Shown: one piece after another, positions 53,292 through 63,700 of the stretch
How positions within the stretch are numbered: the first letter of the stretch is position 1
Layout: every line of letters starts with the position of its first letter
Source of the DNA: a virus
Lineage: Duplodnaviria > Heunggongvirae > Uroviricota > Caudoviricetes
Strand: one strand, 5' to 3'
IMG/VR virus record: IMGVR_UViG_3300010218_000003
Location: 2,124 to 66,123 of that record
DNA: 64,000 nucleotides
Notes under the pieces: generated by a model
What the model was told of the DNA's origin: nothing
The model's input: only the letters and a program-made list of their open reading frames with translations
Database searches by the model: none
Program-made: the position numbers and the translations under genes

Positions 53292-53816
53292 TCAGGGGAC
53301 GACAATAGTTTCTGTCTTGCCCGTTACGCTGGAAAGCCTTCGAGCAACCTCTACCTTGCAGTGCGGGCAGTCGGAGGTTACTTCACGTAGAATTCCGATA
53401 AGGATCTCGTGCTTCTTCTCCATCTCGATTACTTCATCACCAATTTGCTGGTTATCGAGAAGTCCTGCCTTCTGCAAGAGGTCAACCCTCTTACCTTCAA
53501 CATCTGCGAGAGCCTTTAGAACAGTGGCCTTTAGCTTGAAGTCGTTATTCAAGTCAGCCTGTTCCATTGTTTCCCACAACTCACGAATGATCATATTGTA
53601 ATGCTCATCCATTGAGGTCAATGCCTCAGTCGCCCGTGCTTGAATAGTCTTATTGTTTTGGGCGACTACGCGCCACTCTTCAATATATTCAAGCACCTCG
53701 GCGCGCTTAAGCCCAGTGATCTTGGCAATCTGAGTAGGATTGTCGCCCTTAAGATATGCAGTAACGACATCATTCATTCGCTCAATTCTGTCGATCTGCT
53801 CTAATTCTTTAGGCAA
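53292..53816 (-). CDS. terS: terminase small subunit-like HTH protein
   Basis: N-terminal HTH NPTQIAKITGLKRAEVLEYI; 174 aa; directly upstream of large terminase. Confidence 0.5.
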   Translation of the reverse strand: MPKELEQIDRIERMNDVVTAYLKGDNPTQIAKITGLKRAEVLEYIEEWRVVAQNNKTIQARATEALTSMDEHYNMIIRELWETMEQADLNNDFKLKATVLKALADVEGKRVDLLQKAGLLDNQQIGDEVIEMEKKHEILIGILREVTSDCPHCKVEVARRLSSVTGKTETIVVP

Positions 53817-54129
53817 CCTTTCTCCTTCTGCGTGAACGCTTAGGCTTTACCAGTCCCTTTAGCCGCTCCACATAGAAAGACTTCCATTCTCCTGTGTCCG
53901 CATTGATGCAGTCAATCCAGGTCTTTCCAGTCTTTACGTTTGTGGCAATGCATCGAAACTTATAAGTGCCTCGCGTGTTCTTAAACTTGATGAGTGCCTT
54001 TGGCAGAATCACTTCCCCATCAAGCTCGAATTCAAACGCGGGAACGATATGATCAATTCCAAGGTAGGCTTGCTGCCACCATGCGTCAGGGTTCTTTACC
54101 TTGGAACGTCTTCTAGTAGGTGTTCCCAT
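53809..54129 (-). CDS. hypothetical basic protein
   Basis: 106 aa. Confidence 0.5.
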   Translation of the reverse strand: MGTPTRRRSKVKNPDAWWQQAYLGIDHIVPAFEFELDGEVILPKALIKFKNTRGTYKFRCIATNVKTGKTWIDCINADTGEWKSFYVERLKGLVKPKRSRRRRKVA

Positions 54130-54150
54130 ATCTCCTCGCTTTCAAGATTA

Positions 54151-54774
54151 TTATAGCAGACCATTGCCGAAACGGCGCATGTACTGCTTCTCTGCTTCTG
54201 CGTATAGTTCCTGAATCTCTTCGATGAGCCATTCTACTCGCTCATCTGGTGATACATCTGGAACTGTCAGATAGGGAACATTCAGCATTTCTAGAGCCTG
54301 AATTACATAGTCGTCAATACGTACACGATATGCTTCATCTGGATCTCTTACACCATCCTCTTCCACCGCCCAATATACTGGGAAGTAAAGAACGAAGTGA
54401 TATGACTGCATGTGCATTTCTGTAAGCCTTCGAGTGACGTTCTCGATCAATGCACCATCTTCCCAGACGTGCTCATTCTGGTAATAGGTGTATGCGAGTG
54501 AGTCAATCAGAGTTCTGTCAGAGATGAGTCCCTGCTTATACAGAGTGTTTTGTGGGCTGGTCATGGTTTCCCACTCATCAACCATTCTGAGAACTGGAAC
54601 AAGGATCTGACTTAGCTCTGTGGCTTCCCTGTTGATGGGATAGCCGTATTCCTTGATCTGCCTAGCTGTTGATGGAACAAGGACGAAATCCTTGAACGCC
54701 GGGCTGTTTACCATGGCCTGAGCCATTGATGTTTTTCCAGTGCCATGAGCACCAGTCATTCCGATCTTAATCAC
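54151..54774 (-). CDS. P-loop NTPase (AAA_28/NadR-kinase-like)
   Basis: Walker A GMTGAHGTGKTS. Confidence 0.6.
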   Translation of the reverse strand: MIKIGMTGAHGTGKTSMAQAMVNSPAFKDFVLVPSTARQIKEYGYPINREATELSQILVPVLRMVDEWETMTSPQNTLYKQGLISDRTLIDSLAYTYYQNEHVWEDGALIENVTRRLTEMHMQSYHFVLYFPVYWAVEEDGVRDPDEAYRVRIDDYVIQALEMLNVPYLTVPDVSPDERVEWLIEEIQELYAEAEKQYMRRFGNGLL

Positions 54775-55562
54775 TTGTTGTTTTCCACCACAATCATTCG
54801 TAGTTCCTTCAAGCCTAGCAGGCCGTCTAGATCCAGCTCCCTGGCTGTACCATCGTACTCTATCAGGCTTACCTTACCACTGTCAACAAGCTTCTCACCG
54901 AATGACTTATCGTATCGACTGATATCCCATTCCATGAATAGAACCATTGACCTCTGTCGCCAGCACCACTTCATTCCTTCGAAGATCTCTGGCTCCGCGC
55001 CCTCTGCATCAATCTTTACATAAATTGTGCCATCATAATCACGAGGAATAGGAACTGCACTGTCGAAGCTCTGAACGTACATATGCTGCATTGTGTAATT
55101 TCCACTAGCGCCATACATGTTGGCTCCGCCAGAATGACCTTCTGGAATATAAAGGACTCGTTCTACTGGCTCCCAGCTATTGCCAAGAGCCACGTGACCC
55201 TGATACACCTTTACATCATTCAGTCTCTTGGCATGGAAAAGATTCATCCATAGATCTTGGTTTGGTTCATATGCCATTACATTGCATCCGTGCTTGGCAG
55301 CCCACAAGGAGTAGTAGCCTAGATTAGCACCAACATCTACGAATACTGATCCTGGTTCCACTCTTTGAGAAATATAAGCTGTAACCCATGATTCCCAATA
55401 GCACCGGCCCGCTGCGAAATGCGGAGTCATCGCATAGTCATCATCTTCGGCATACATCCAGAAGCTATCTAGCATCCAGTATCTAGTGCCAAAGTCATCT
55501 GTTTCACTCTTTGCGCCGCGCTCTCCAGCACGTTCGACTTCTTGACGAGAGTTATATCTCAT
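54771..55562 (-). CDS. FkbM-family SAM-dependent methyltransferase (start at MRYNSRQ after AGGAGG RBS)
   Basis: VFVDVGANLGYYS SAM-binding motif; AGGAGG 5 nt upstream of ATG 55562. Confidence 0.7.
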   Translation of the reverse strand: MRYNSRQEVERAGERGAKSETDDFGTRYWMLDSFWMYAEDDDYAMTPHFAAGRCYWESWVTAYISQRVEPGSVFVDVGANLGYYSLWAAKHGCNVMAYEPNQDLWMNLFHAKRLNDVKVYQGHVALGNSWEPVERVLYIPEGHSGGANMYGASGNYTMQHMYVQSFDSAVPIPRDYDGTIYVKIDAEGAEPEIFEGMKWCWRQRSMVLFMEWDISRYDKSFGEKLVDSGKVSLIEYDGTARELDLDGLLGLKELRMIVVENNK

Positions 55563-55684
55563 CGGCTCCTCCTGATTGGAATATTGTGATATTTGAGCCA
55601 CCGAGCGATTGTCTTTTCAGTAACTCCGCAAATCTCTGCAATTTGAAGCGCAGTCTTTGTTCGATATCTTTCCTGCAACCACAC
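55559..55684 (-). CDS. small helix-turn-helix protein (about 41 aa, GTG/TTG start)
   Basis: manual frame ...TALQIAEICGVTEKTIARWLKYHNIPI...; ATGA overlap with methyltransferase start. Confidence 0.35.
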   Translation of the reverse strand: MWLQERYRTKTALQIAEICGVTEKTIARWLKYHNIPIRRSR

Positions 55685-55700
55685 CTTGCTTTCATATAGC

Positions 55701-56207
55701 TTAGCCAAGCTTCGTCACCTCCCTCATTAGAGGGTCAATGATAATTCCTGGCTTTCCCTTGCGGGATGCATACTTAACGCAATTGTACGTTCCGCCAGTT
55801 CTTCCAGCTTCCAATACTGCCAGATAGGCATCAGCGTTGTCAACCATGAATCGGTTTCGCTCATCATACACCCACGCTCCAGGGTAGCTGTCATAGTTGG
55901 TAACATTGACAACCTCATCTGCGTAGTGAAGCGCTCGACCGTAGTCATATTCATCTGCTCTACGAGGCTTGTGGCCCCTCCACGGCTTTGCAGCAATGAA
56001 AGGGATACCTAGACCCCAAGAGATTTTAGCCAATAGGAGATCAGCTCCAGAGGCCATGCCGACATAAACAAGAGAGGCCCCCATATCAATGAGGGCCTTC
56101 TCCATTTGGCCAGCAATCCAGTCACGGTCCCTCAGATCTCGATGTCCAGTTCCCGCTACTATCATGTCAGCTCCTTCTAGTTTTATTCTGCACTGCCCAC
56201 CAGCCAA
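55701..56207 (-). CDS. SLOG/DprA-like Rossmann-fold protein
   Basis: 168 aa; GTGHRD...SGADLLLA...GGT motifs; weak assignment. Confidence 0.4.
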   Translation of the reverse strand: MAGGQCRIKLEGADMIVAGTGHRDLRDRDWIAGQMEKALIDMGASLVYVGMASGADLLLAKISWGLGIPFIAAKPWRGHKPRRADEYDYGRALHYADEVVNVTNYDSYPGAWVYDERNRFMVDNADAYLAVLEAGRTGGTYNCVKYASRKGKPGIIIDPLMREVTKLG

Positions 56208-56742
56208 TTCCTAGTGAGTCAGCTACGTTATCGCTTTCTAGCTCGATGCCAAATTTATCCTTGGCAAAGGTGATGGTTCGCTGCTTCCTGATCAGTCTGC
56301 CCTTATTCTGATACCAGCTTGCAGACTTCCCAGGGAACTCAGCCTTGATTGCATCCTTCTCAGCTTTAGTCAGAATCTTGTTTCCAATAAATGACTGCCA
56401 GCTCATAGGAGGAACTTCAATAACCTTCGCTCCATTCTTGAGCAGAGCTGCGATTACTGCACCAAACACATAGGCCATCTTAATAGCCACTGATGTGCTT
56501 CGAACCATAATCGCCGCTTCGATTGCTACAAAGTCGGGAGTGAATTCTTCGAATAGTGCTAAAGTCTTTACGTGAGCGTCATAAGTTCTCTCAAAAACTG
56601 TTGAACCGGTGAAGTTAACCTCTCCACATCTGTAGAAGTTTTCTCCGTCGAAGATTGTAAATGCAATAGACTTAGTTGAGCAGTCGATACCCATTACCTT
56701 CTGAGCCTTCGTCTTGTGAAGGTCAGAAAGAGGCACTACCAA
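56167..56742 (-). CDS. RuvC-like Holliday junction resolvase
   Basis: MGIDCSTKSIAF N-terminal catalytic Asp motif. Confidence 0.6.
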   Translation of the reverse strand: MVVPLSDLHKTKAQKVMGIDCSTKSIAFTIFDGENFYRCGEVNFTGSTVFERTYDAHVKTLALFEEFTPDFVAIEAAIMVRSTSVAIKMAYVFGAVIAALLKNGAKVIEVPPMSWQSFIGNKILTKAEKDAIKAEFPGKSASWYQNKGRLIRKQRTITFAKDKFGIELESDNVADSLGIGWWAVQNKTRRS

Positions 56743-57004
56743 TCAACTCCAAAAGTTCGGCTCTCTCATCCCGCCGATTCTTTCCCTGGCAACTCTCGCA
56801 CTTCTCTGAACTGTTATATCGGGAAAGAACTGTCGGGCACGCTGAACATGTTCGCACTTTTCCTCGCTTGCGATCACGTCTTGCGTAGTATTTTTCCATA
56901 ATTCGTGCGTTGGTCGCCTTACGGCAACATGCTGAACTACAAAACTTCTGATTATGAGTCTTGGGTTCAAACATGTTGCCGCACTCTCCATAGGCGCAAA
57001 TCAA
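56723..57004 (-). CDS. zinc-finger protein
   Basis: 93 aa; multiple CxxC. Confidence 0.45.
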   Translation of the reverse strand: MICAYGECGNMFEPKTHNQKFCSSACCRKATNARIMEKYYARRDRKRGKVRTCSACPTVLSRYNSSEKCESCQGKNRRDERAELLELIGSASF

Positions 57005-57787
57005 TTACTTCTTCACCTCCAATGGTGCCTTAGTAATGTCGCCCTCTGGAGATTCGTTCCAACACAGATTGAATAGCGCGCATGACTTGCATGCCTTATT
57101 CTTCTGACTGAATGGACGCTTAGGAAGCGTTTCCTCTTCCCACAGCTTTCGAACTTCGTTCATCCAGTTGAAGATGTAGTCCGTATATTCGGCATTCGCT
57201 TCGTCCATGATAACAGGGACAAGGAATAGCTCCTGCGTGTTCTTGTTCTCGTAGAGAAGGAATCCCTCATCAAGACCGAGTACGCGCATATAAATAAGGA
57301 CCTGAACCTTGTGGTAATCGATAGGCGTTCCAGTTGTCTCACGATGAATGTAAGACTCCTGTCGAGTTGTCTTAAACTCTCCGACTACACGCTTTCCCTC
57401 AAAGTTCACGATAACATCAACAAATCCCCTGATTGGGGGATTATGATGTGTGATTTCACGCTCTGCTTCTTCCAGCACTCCAGCGTCAGCAAATAGCTTT
57501 TCAATTCTATCGTGAGCTGCTGTGCCATTAGCCATATTGGCGACACTGAGTCCGTCGAAGGTATTCTCAAATTCTCCACCTGTAAAGGCTAGGTACCAAT
57601 ACCTTGGACAAGTACCGGCACCATAGCCTACAGAAGATGGAGAAAAGGAAACCTTCTTGGAATACTTACTCTTCGGCCGTGAGTTGACATAAGCCTGCTC
57701 AACAACAGAAAGAAACTTCTTAGTGTCGAAAGACAGCTTCTTTCCTAGCCGTACTGTTTTAATTAGTCCTGTAGACATAGTATCCAT
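57005..57787 (-). CDS. PD-(D/E)XK nuclease with C-terminal Cys cluster (Cas4/RecB-like exonuclease)
   Basis: GFVDVIV...EFK nuclease motifs; CKSCALFNLC. Confidence 0.55.
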   Translation of the reverse strand: MDTMSTGLIKTVRLGKKLSFDTKKFLSVVEQAYVNSRPKSKYSKKVSFSPSSVGYGAGTCPRYWYLAFTGGEFENTFDGLSVANMANGTAAHDRIEKLFADAGVLEEAEREITHHNPPIRGFVDVIVNFEGKRVVGEFKTTRQESYIHRETTGTPIDYHKVQVLIYMRVLGLDEGFLLYENKNTQELFLVPVIMDEANAEYTDYIFNWMNEVRKLWEEETLPKRPFSQKNKACKSCALFNLCWNESPEGDITKAPLEVKK

Positions 57788-57810
57788 TTCTCTTAACGAA
57801 TATCATTGTA

Positions 57811-58155
57811 TCATACTTGAGTCTTGAATGAATACTTCAAGGACTGAACAACCTTATCCAGTTCGGCTGCGGCTGTGTAGTAAATGTTCTTCTTCATTCC
57901 ATTGGTTGTTCCACCACGATCCTTCTTGATTGTTGAATAAATCGTAGCCATCATGGCGAACTTAGCTGCATATGCTTGTAGCTGAATAATGAGTTGCTGT
58001 GCTGCCACCGGGTTTTTTACGTCCGGCTTCATCATTAGCTTGATCACATAATGAAGCGCTCTGTCGAGATCTTCGTCGTCCATGAATTCGTGAACTTCTT
58101 GGAATTCTGAAATCCTTGAAATGAGGACGAGAGGATTTTCCTCAGTCGTCATCAA
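57811..58155 (-). CDS. hypothetical protein
   Basis: 114 aa. Confidence 0.5.
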   Translation of the reverse strand: MMTTEENPLVLISRISEFQEVHEFMDDEDLDRALHYVIKLMMKPDVKNPVAAQQLIIQLQAYAAKFAMMATIYSTIKKDRGGTTNGMKKNIYYTAAAELDKVVQSLKYSFKTQV

Positions 58156-58324
58156 CTACCTCCAAATATGTCTCTGGCCATGTATCAGATGACCATGTAT
58201 CCCAGAAGTCTTCCTCCTCCCATTCCTCATGTGGTTCAGCCATCATTTCACGATAGCGCTCCGCAACATAATCAGGAATGTCATATTCGAAGACTTGTTC
58301 AGGAACTCTGATTATCAGCTTCAT
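58142..58324 (-). CDS. hypothetical acidic protein
   Basis: 60 aa. Confidence 0.4.
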   Translation of the reverse strand: MKLIIRVPEQVFEYDIPDYVAERYREMMAEPHEEWEEEDFWDTWSSDTWPETYLEVVDDD

Positions 58325-58511
58325 CTGATTCCTTTACTAGATCCATACTGAATGGTTCGGTATTGGTTTCACCGAAAGCATTTGCAAGGAGTTGACGGGC
58401 CTCTGCATATCCCACCGGGCCTCCCTGTTCTGCTCCATCTTCAAACTTCTCGTAGACCATCCATCCGCCGTTATCACGACGAATGAACTCAAGCCTCATT
58501 AGTTTCGCCAT
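58299..58511 (-). CDS. hypothetical protein
   Basis: 70 aa. Confidence 0.4.
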   Translation of the reverse strand: MAKLMRLEFIRRDNGGWMVYEKFEDGAEQGGPVGYAEARQLLANAFGETNTEPFSMDLVKESDEADNQSS

Positions 58512-58809
58512 ACTTTTCCTCCCAGGCTTCTAGCATCTCGTGGAACATATTGTCTCCAATAACCCACACTCGGGTCTTCGCATCGCCAGCTCCTAGAACC
58601 AGCTTTAGTGCCGGTACCATCCTACCAGATCGGAAGGCGTCCGTGCAAACCTTCCCCCAGACATCCTTAGAGACACTAAAGGAATTAGCATACTCCTTGA
58701 TGTCATAGCAGAATGGACCTAGCTTCGCGTCACCCTTTTGAATCTTTCCACGGCCGGAATTCTTTTGAGCCTTTCCGCCGTCTCTCTTAATTTCATTTAG
58801 TTCAGTCAT
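58489..58809 (-). CDS. hypothetical protein
   Basis: 106 aa. Confidence 0.5.
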   Translation of the reverse strand: MTELNEIKRDGGKAQKNSGRGKIQKGDAKLGPFCYDIKEYANSFSVSKDVWGKVCTDAFRSGRMVPALKLVLGAGDAKTRVWVIGDNMFHEMLEAWEEKYGETNEA

Positions 58810-59021
58810 TACGCTCCTAGATTAAAGTTCTCAATCAAGGACTTATGCCCTTCGGAGCAGAGCCAGCCGAGAATCTTATCGACTGGCAAATACTCCGCTT
58901 CGTCAACTACTTCACCACAGGTCATACAGGAGAAGCTTCCATCAATTAGGATTCCTGGTTGAACTGGCTTCTCCTGCGCCGGGGTTTCTTCGAAAGGGTT
59001 ATACACTTTCCACCTCCCCAA
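58809..59021 (-). CDS. zinc-ribbon protein
   Basis: 70 aa; CMTC...C.EGH. Confidence 0.45.
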   Translation of the reverse strand: MGRWKVYNPFEETPAQEKPVQPGILIDGSFSCMTCGEVVDEAEYLPVDKILGWLCSEGHKSLIENFNLGA

Positions 59022-60003
59022 TCAGCTTGGTGGATAGCTCCTCGCTTGCACGTAGAACAGCCGTGAATCCAGCCTTACCGTTTTCCTTAATGTCCTGGTA
59101 GTACAACCAGTTGCCCTTCTTTTCTACAATTCCCAGAGCGATAGCCAAATCGATTGCCTCGCCAAGATTGTCGATCCCGATGAATGAACCATCGTAGAAT
59201 AGGTTGTAACTGCCAGTCTTGTTGGGAGGGCCAAGCTTATTCTTGTCAATACTCCAAGTGACTTCTCGTCCGATAGGCTCCTTTAGGATCATGTCTCCAT
59301 TGAAGACCTCTCCCTGAATCTGATCGGCTTCACGAGCGGATGACCACAGCTTAATGACTGTAGAACTAAAGAAGTCAACAGCGTGACCACCAGTAGCCTG
59401 ATGCATTGCGCCATAAGTTGTAATCTTGTTACGAACCTGTGAAATTAGTAGTAGAGCCGTGTTCTTGTTGGCGTAGTTAAGCATCTTTACACCATTTGCA
59501 AGTTCACGAGCCTCTGAACCAATCTGCTTAGTTCCGCTTAGATCCTTTAGTTCGTCACCCTTCTTGTCCTTCTCAAAGTATGCAGATGACAGAAGTGCTG
59601 AGATTGAGTCTACGGTTACTACGTCAATGCCAGCCTTCATAAACTCGACACCGGCTCCAACCATATCTTCAATCGTCTTAACGTCTGTGTAGATAAGCTT
59701 TCTTGTATCGACTCCCAGTCTTTCAGCCCATGATGGATCAAAGGACTGCTCTGAGTCAATGAACGCTACCTTCTTACCGGCTGCCTGCGCAAGACCTAGT
59801 GTTCCTAGACAGAACGTTGACTTACCGGCTGATTTGCTTCCCCAGATTAGGGTTTGACGGCCATAGCCGATGCCTCCACGCAATGCAGCATTAAGTCCGG
59901 TGCTTGGGGTCGGCTGCTTTTGAAGAATTACTTCTGAGCCCATCTTCGCCCTTGCTAGCACCTTCGGGCTTAGCTTTGCCAGGATCTCCTCTTCGATTTC
60001 CAT
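58999..60003 (-). CDS. RecA-superfamily ATPase/recombinase
   Basis: Walker A GSKSAGKST; RecA-like core; 334 aa. Confidence 0.65.
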   Translation of the reverse strand: MEIEEEILAKLSPKVLARAKMGSEVILQKQPTPSTGLNAALRGGIGYGRQTLIWGSKSAGKSTFCLGTLGLAQAAGKKVAFIDSEQSFDPSWAERLGVDTRKLIYTDVKTIEDMVGAGVEFMKAGIDVVTVDSISALLSSAYFEKDKKGDELKDLSGTKQIGSEARELANGVKMLNYANKNTALLLISQVRNKITTYGAMHQATGGHAVDFFSSTVIKLWSSAREADQIQGEVFNGDMILKEPIGREVTWSIDKNKLGPPNKTGSYNLFYDGSFIGIDNLGEAIDLAIALGIVEKKGNWLYYQDIKENGKAGFTAVLRASEELSTKLIGEVESV

Positions 60004-60191
60004 ATTCTCTTAGGTTCCATTCCTCTTCAAGTTTTTGTGCCATTGCCTTTATTTTCTTATCGCGGCAGGCGGCCAACCGCTTAATGATAAACAAAATTTC
60101 CTCCGGGTCATCGCCTCGGAATACCAATAGGTGTTCTTCTTCGACTCCCCGGAGGAAATATGCTTCTGTGCTCATGGAGCAAGTATATCAG

Positions 60192-60551
60192 TTATCGGTT
60201 GTCTCCGCTACCTGAGATAACCCCACGAGCCTGCCGAGACTTTAGCTTCTGTAGATTCTGCTTTGCGATCAGCTCCAGTGGATAACCCAGCTCATTGGCC
60301 AGATTAGCAACATACCAGAGAACGTCTCCAAGCTCAGCGGCTAAAGCCTGAGCCTTTTCAGCAGTTACTACGCCATTCTCATCTCGGATGGACTTCTTAA
60401 ATCCATTGGCGATTTCACCAGCTTCACCCACAAGGCCAAGTACGGTGTAACCAATAGCCTCTGTAGTGGCTTCGCCATGCCCAGGATAGATGCCAGTTTC
60501 AGCAGCAGCCATCTGGTAATCAGTCATTGACAGGTCGTTCATCGTTTCCAA
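60192..60551 (-). CDS. mazG: MazG-like nucleotide pyrophosphohydrolase
   Basis: GLVGEAGEI and ELGDVLWYV motifs. Confidence 0.8.
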   Translation of the reverse strand: METMNDLSMTDYQMAAAETGIYPGHGEATTEAIGYTVLGLVGEAGEIANGFKKSIRDENGVVTAEKAQALAAELGDVLWYVANLANELGYPLELIAKQNLQKLKSRQARGVISGSGDNR

Positions 60552-60717
60552 TCAGGTGAAATGTGAATTCCTTCTTAAGTGGGTCGTGACTCAGACCCAC
60601 TGAATAACGTGTGCGATCATTGACCGCTCTTTCAAGCTCCTCTGCGGTGATTACGATATCACCCTTTGAGAGGAGCAGAAGGCGGAGAAGATCCTCCGCC
60701 TTTACTGCCTCTTCCAT
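60520..60717 (-). CDS. hypothetical protein
   Basis: 65 aa. Confidence 0.4.
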   Translation of the reverse strand: MEEAVKAEDLLRLLLLSKGDIVITAEELERAVNDRTRYSVGLSHDPLKKEFTFHLIGNDERPVND

Positions 60718-60724
60718 TTTACTC

Positions 60725-63700
60725 CTAGAGAATGTTGTCGTAGAAGAATGAGCCTTCTTGGGTTTGCTTCAATACAGGGTCGATCACTGCACCAGGCTTA
60801 CACTTGCCATAAGCCTTGTGGAATGTAGTCGGAAAGGCCATCACAGGAAGCAGAGCCTTATCAGAGTCTGCAAGGATAGTGTAAGCCATCATCTTCCCTG
60901 CCTTTGTCTTGTATGGCATGAAGCTCAGAACCTTGTACATTCCCGGAGGAATATCGCTATAGTCCTTAGCATACAGATACTCGACAAATGGTGTGTCGAT
61001 CTTGCCGATCAACTCATCCATCGTAGCATACCTGTGGACTCGGTTGTCAGATACCAGGATAGCATACATCTGGCCTGCTTCGATAGGAGTTTCCTTATCG
61101 GTGAACACACCAGCCGTACCTGTTTCGTCAACCATTTCCACCCGCGCCCATCCCTCACCTCTTCGAACATCCTTGACCATTGCCAGGACTGCAAAGGCTC
61201 CAGTGCCAGAATACTCGTCCAAGGTTCTGAACTGATTCATGACCCTAGGAATGACCTTCTGAGTTCCGAACGCCGGAATCATTAGATATTCATAGAAGTT
61301 GTCACGCTCATGTCCGGTACGTGGATTGTCATCAAATGCTGCACCACCAATAGCGTTCAATGCGGTGAGCACTCGAACTGTTAGTCCACTGCCCTTCTCG
61401 TTAACCTTGTCGTAAAGCTCCTTGTAGTTGGCGTACGGAGCGTGCTCCAGAAGCCTCTTACCCGTGTTTCCACGAATGTACTTTACGTTGGTGATACCGA
61501 ACCTGATTGCGTTTTCTTCAATGCTGAACTCCTCCTTAGAAGCGTTCACGTGAGGAAGAAGGATCTTGATCCCCAGACGCTTAGCCTCGATGAGATAGTC
61601 AGTCAGCTTTGAAGTCTTCTTACTTGTGTCCTTTTCGTTCCTGAGCAGAGCGCACATGAACTCCAGAGGATAATGCTTCTTCAACCAAGCAGTCCAGTAC
61701 GTGATCATAGAGTATACAACCGCGTGGGACTTGTTGAATGAGTAACCTGCGTGCTGCTCGAAGTCGTGCCATAGCTTTTCAGCTACAGCTCGGTGAACCT
61801 TCGTGCTGGCTCCCTCAATAAACCTGTCCTTGTACTGCTCGAATTCCTTTGCGTCTCGCTTCTTACCGATGATCTTACGAACCTTGTTTGCCTCTGTCAT
61901 TGACATTCCGGCAAGCTCAGTCATCGCAAGCATGACCTGCTCCTGATAAATGATGAGACCAAGAGTTTCCTCTGTGTGTCTCTTCATAATGAAGTGGTCA
62001 TACTCAACCTTCTCCTTGCCCTTCTTCCTAGCCTTATAGCTAACACCAACAGTGTTAAGAGGACCAGGACGGGCGATAGAGGTACCAATGACTAGATCGT
62101 TGAATTCACTAGCACCGGCCTCAAGAATCCACTTGGTGAAGGTATTTCCCTCCGCCTGGAATACACCAAGAGTGTAACCATCTGCAAGCATCTGGTATAC
62201 GCTACGGTCTTCCAGATTGATCTGATGAAGATCAATATCCTTACCAGTACGATCCTTGATCATCGCAAGGGCGTCATCGATAACAGTCAGAGTCTTTAGA
62301 CCAAGGGCGTCAAGCTTGATAAGCCCAATGTCCGCCGCCTCATTCATGTCATAAGCGACAATAGGAAGTCGTGGTGCATTTGCGTCGTTGGGGTCCTTAG
62401 CCGTCTCGATTGGAGCGTAGCGAGCAATTTCTTCCTTCGCTACTACGATACCGGCAGGGTGCTTACCCATTGACTGAATACGACCACTGAGGTGATGAGC
62501 AAGCTCAAGAACCTCTGGATACTTCTCGGTGAACTTCTTTCCCTTATCAGACTTGCCAAAGAGATCGAAGAACAGGTCAGGCTTATCAGCAGGTGCATCT
62601 ACATCCTTAGTAGCAGAGTTGACCTCTCCCACCGGGACTCGGAATACACGAGCAGCAGCCTTTACGGCAGCCTTACCCTGGAACTTGTTAATCGTAGCAA
62701 TCTCAGCCACGTGCTTATACTGACGACGAAGATACTGCTTGACCTTATCACGATCACGGTCAGCAAAGTCAACGTCGATGTCAGGCCAGTCATCACGGCC
62801 GATGTCGATAAATCGGAAAAACAGCAGGCCCCACTTGATCGGATCTACTTCTGTAATTCCCAGTGAGTAGCACACAAGGCTTCCAGCAGCAGAACCACGG
62901 CCAGGACCGACACGAATACCCTGATCCTTGGCCCACTTGATCATGTTGCCTACAATGATGAAGTAGACAGAGAAGTCCTTCTGCTTGATGATGCTTAGTT
63001 CTTCTTCTAGACGAGCAACGTATTCAGCGTTCCCATCAAGACCAAGATTCTTTAGACCAGCACGAGCCTTCTTTTCGAGAAGTGCCTGTGGGTCTTCGTT
63101 CTTAGGCTTAGGAAGAAGGTCAAGACCAGCGTGATATGGATAGTCACCGATCATATCTGCAACGAGATTCGTATTGGTGATGATATCAGTTCGGTCAATA
63201 CCCTGCTCAAGGAACGCGTTGCGCTGTTCCTCGGCAGACCGGAGATAAATTTCAATCTCCTGGAACGTCATAGTCCTGTTTGGATAGAGGTAATTAAACC
63301 TCTCCATGATTTCCATCTTCTGAGACTTAGCCATGTTGAACTCGCCATCCTTGATGCTCTTAGGATTGGTGGAGAGGATCAACATTGCTTCTTCAATCCA
63401 CAGGTCTTCTTTACGAGCATAGTGACAGTCACTCGTTACCACCGGGCGAATACTGAGAGAATCTGCAATGTGCAGAAGTCCCTGATTCATTTCCAGCGGA
63501 TTGTGAGCCTGCACCTCGATGAAGAATCGCTCACCGAAAATGTCCTTGAATCGCTGAGCAATCTTAATAGCCTTTTCGGCATTGCCAGCTTCAAGAGCCT
63601 TGCAGATGAGTCCATTCAGGCATCCGGAAAGAACGATCAGCCCGTCATTGTGCTCCTCAAGAACCTCCATGTCAATACGTGGCTTGTAGTAATATCCTTC

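Noticed and set aside
59891-60175. Minus-strand ORF overlapping the N-terminus of the RecA-like gene, and plus-strand ORF 59904..60215
   Set aside because: Both overlap a well-supported gene in other frames, and neither has its own RBS.
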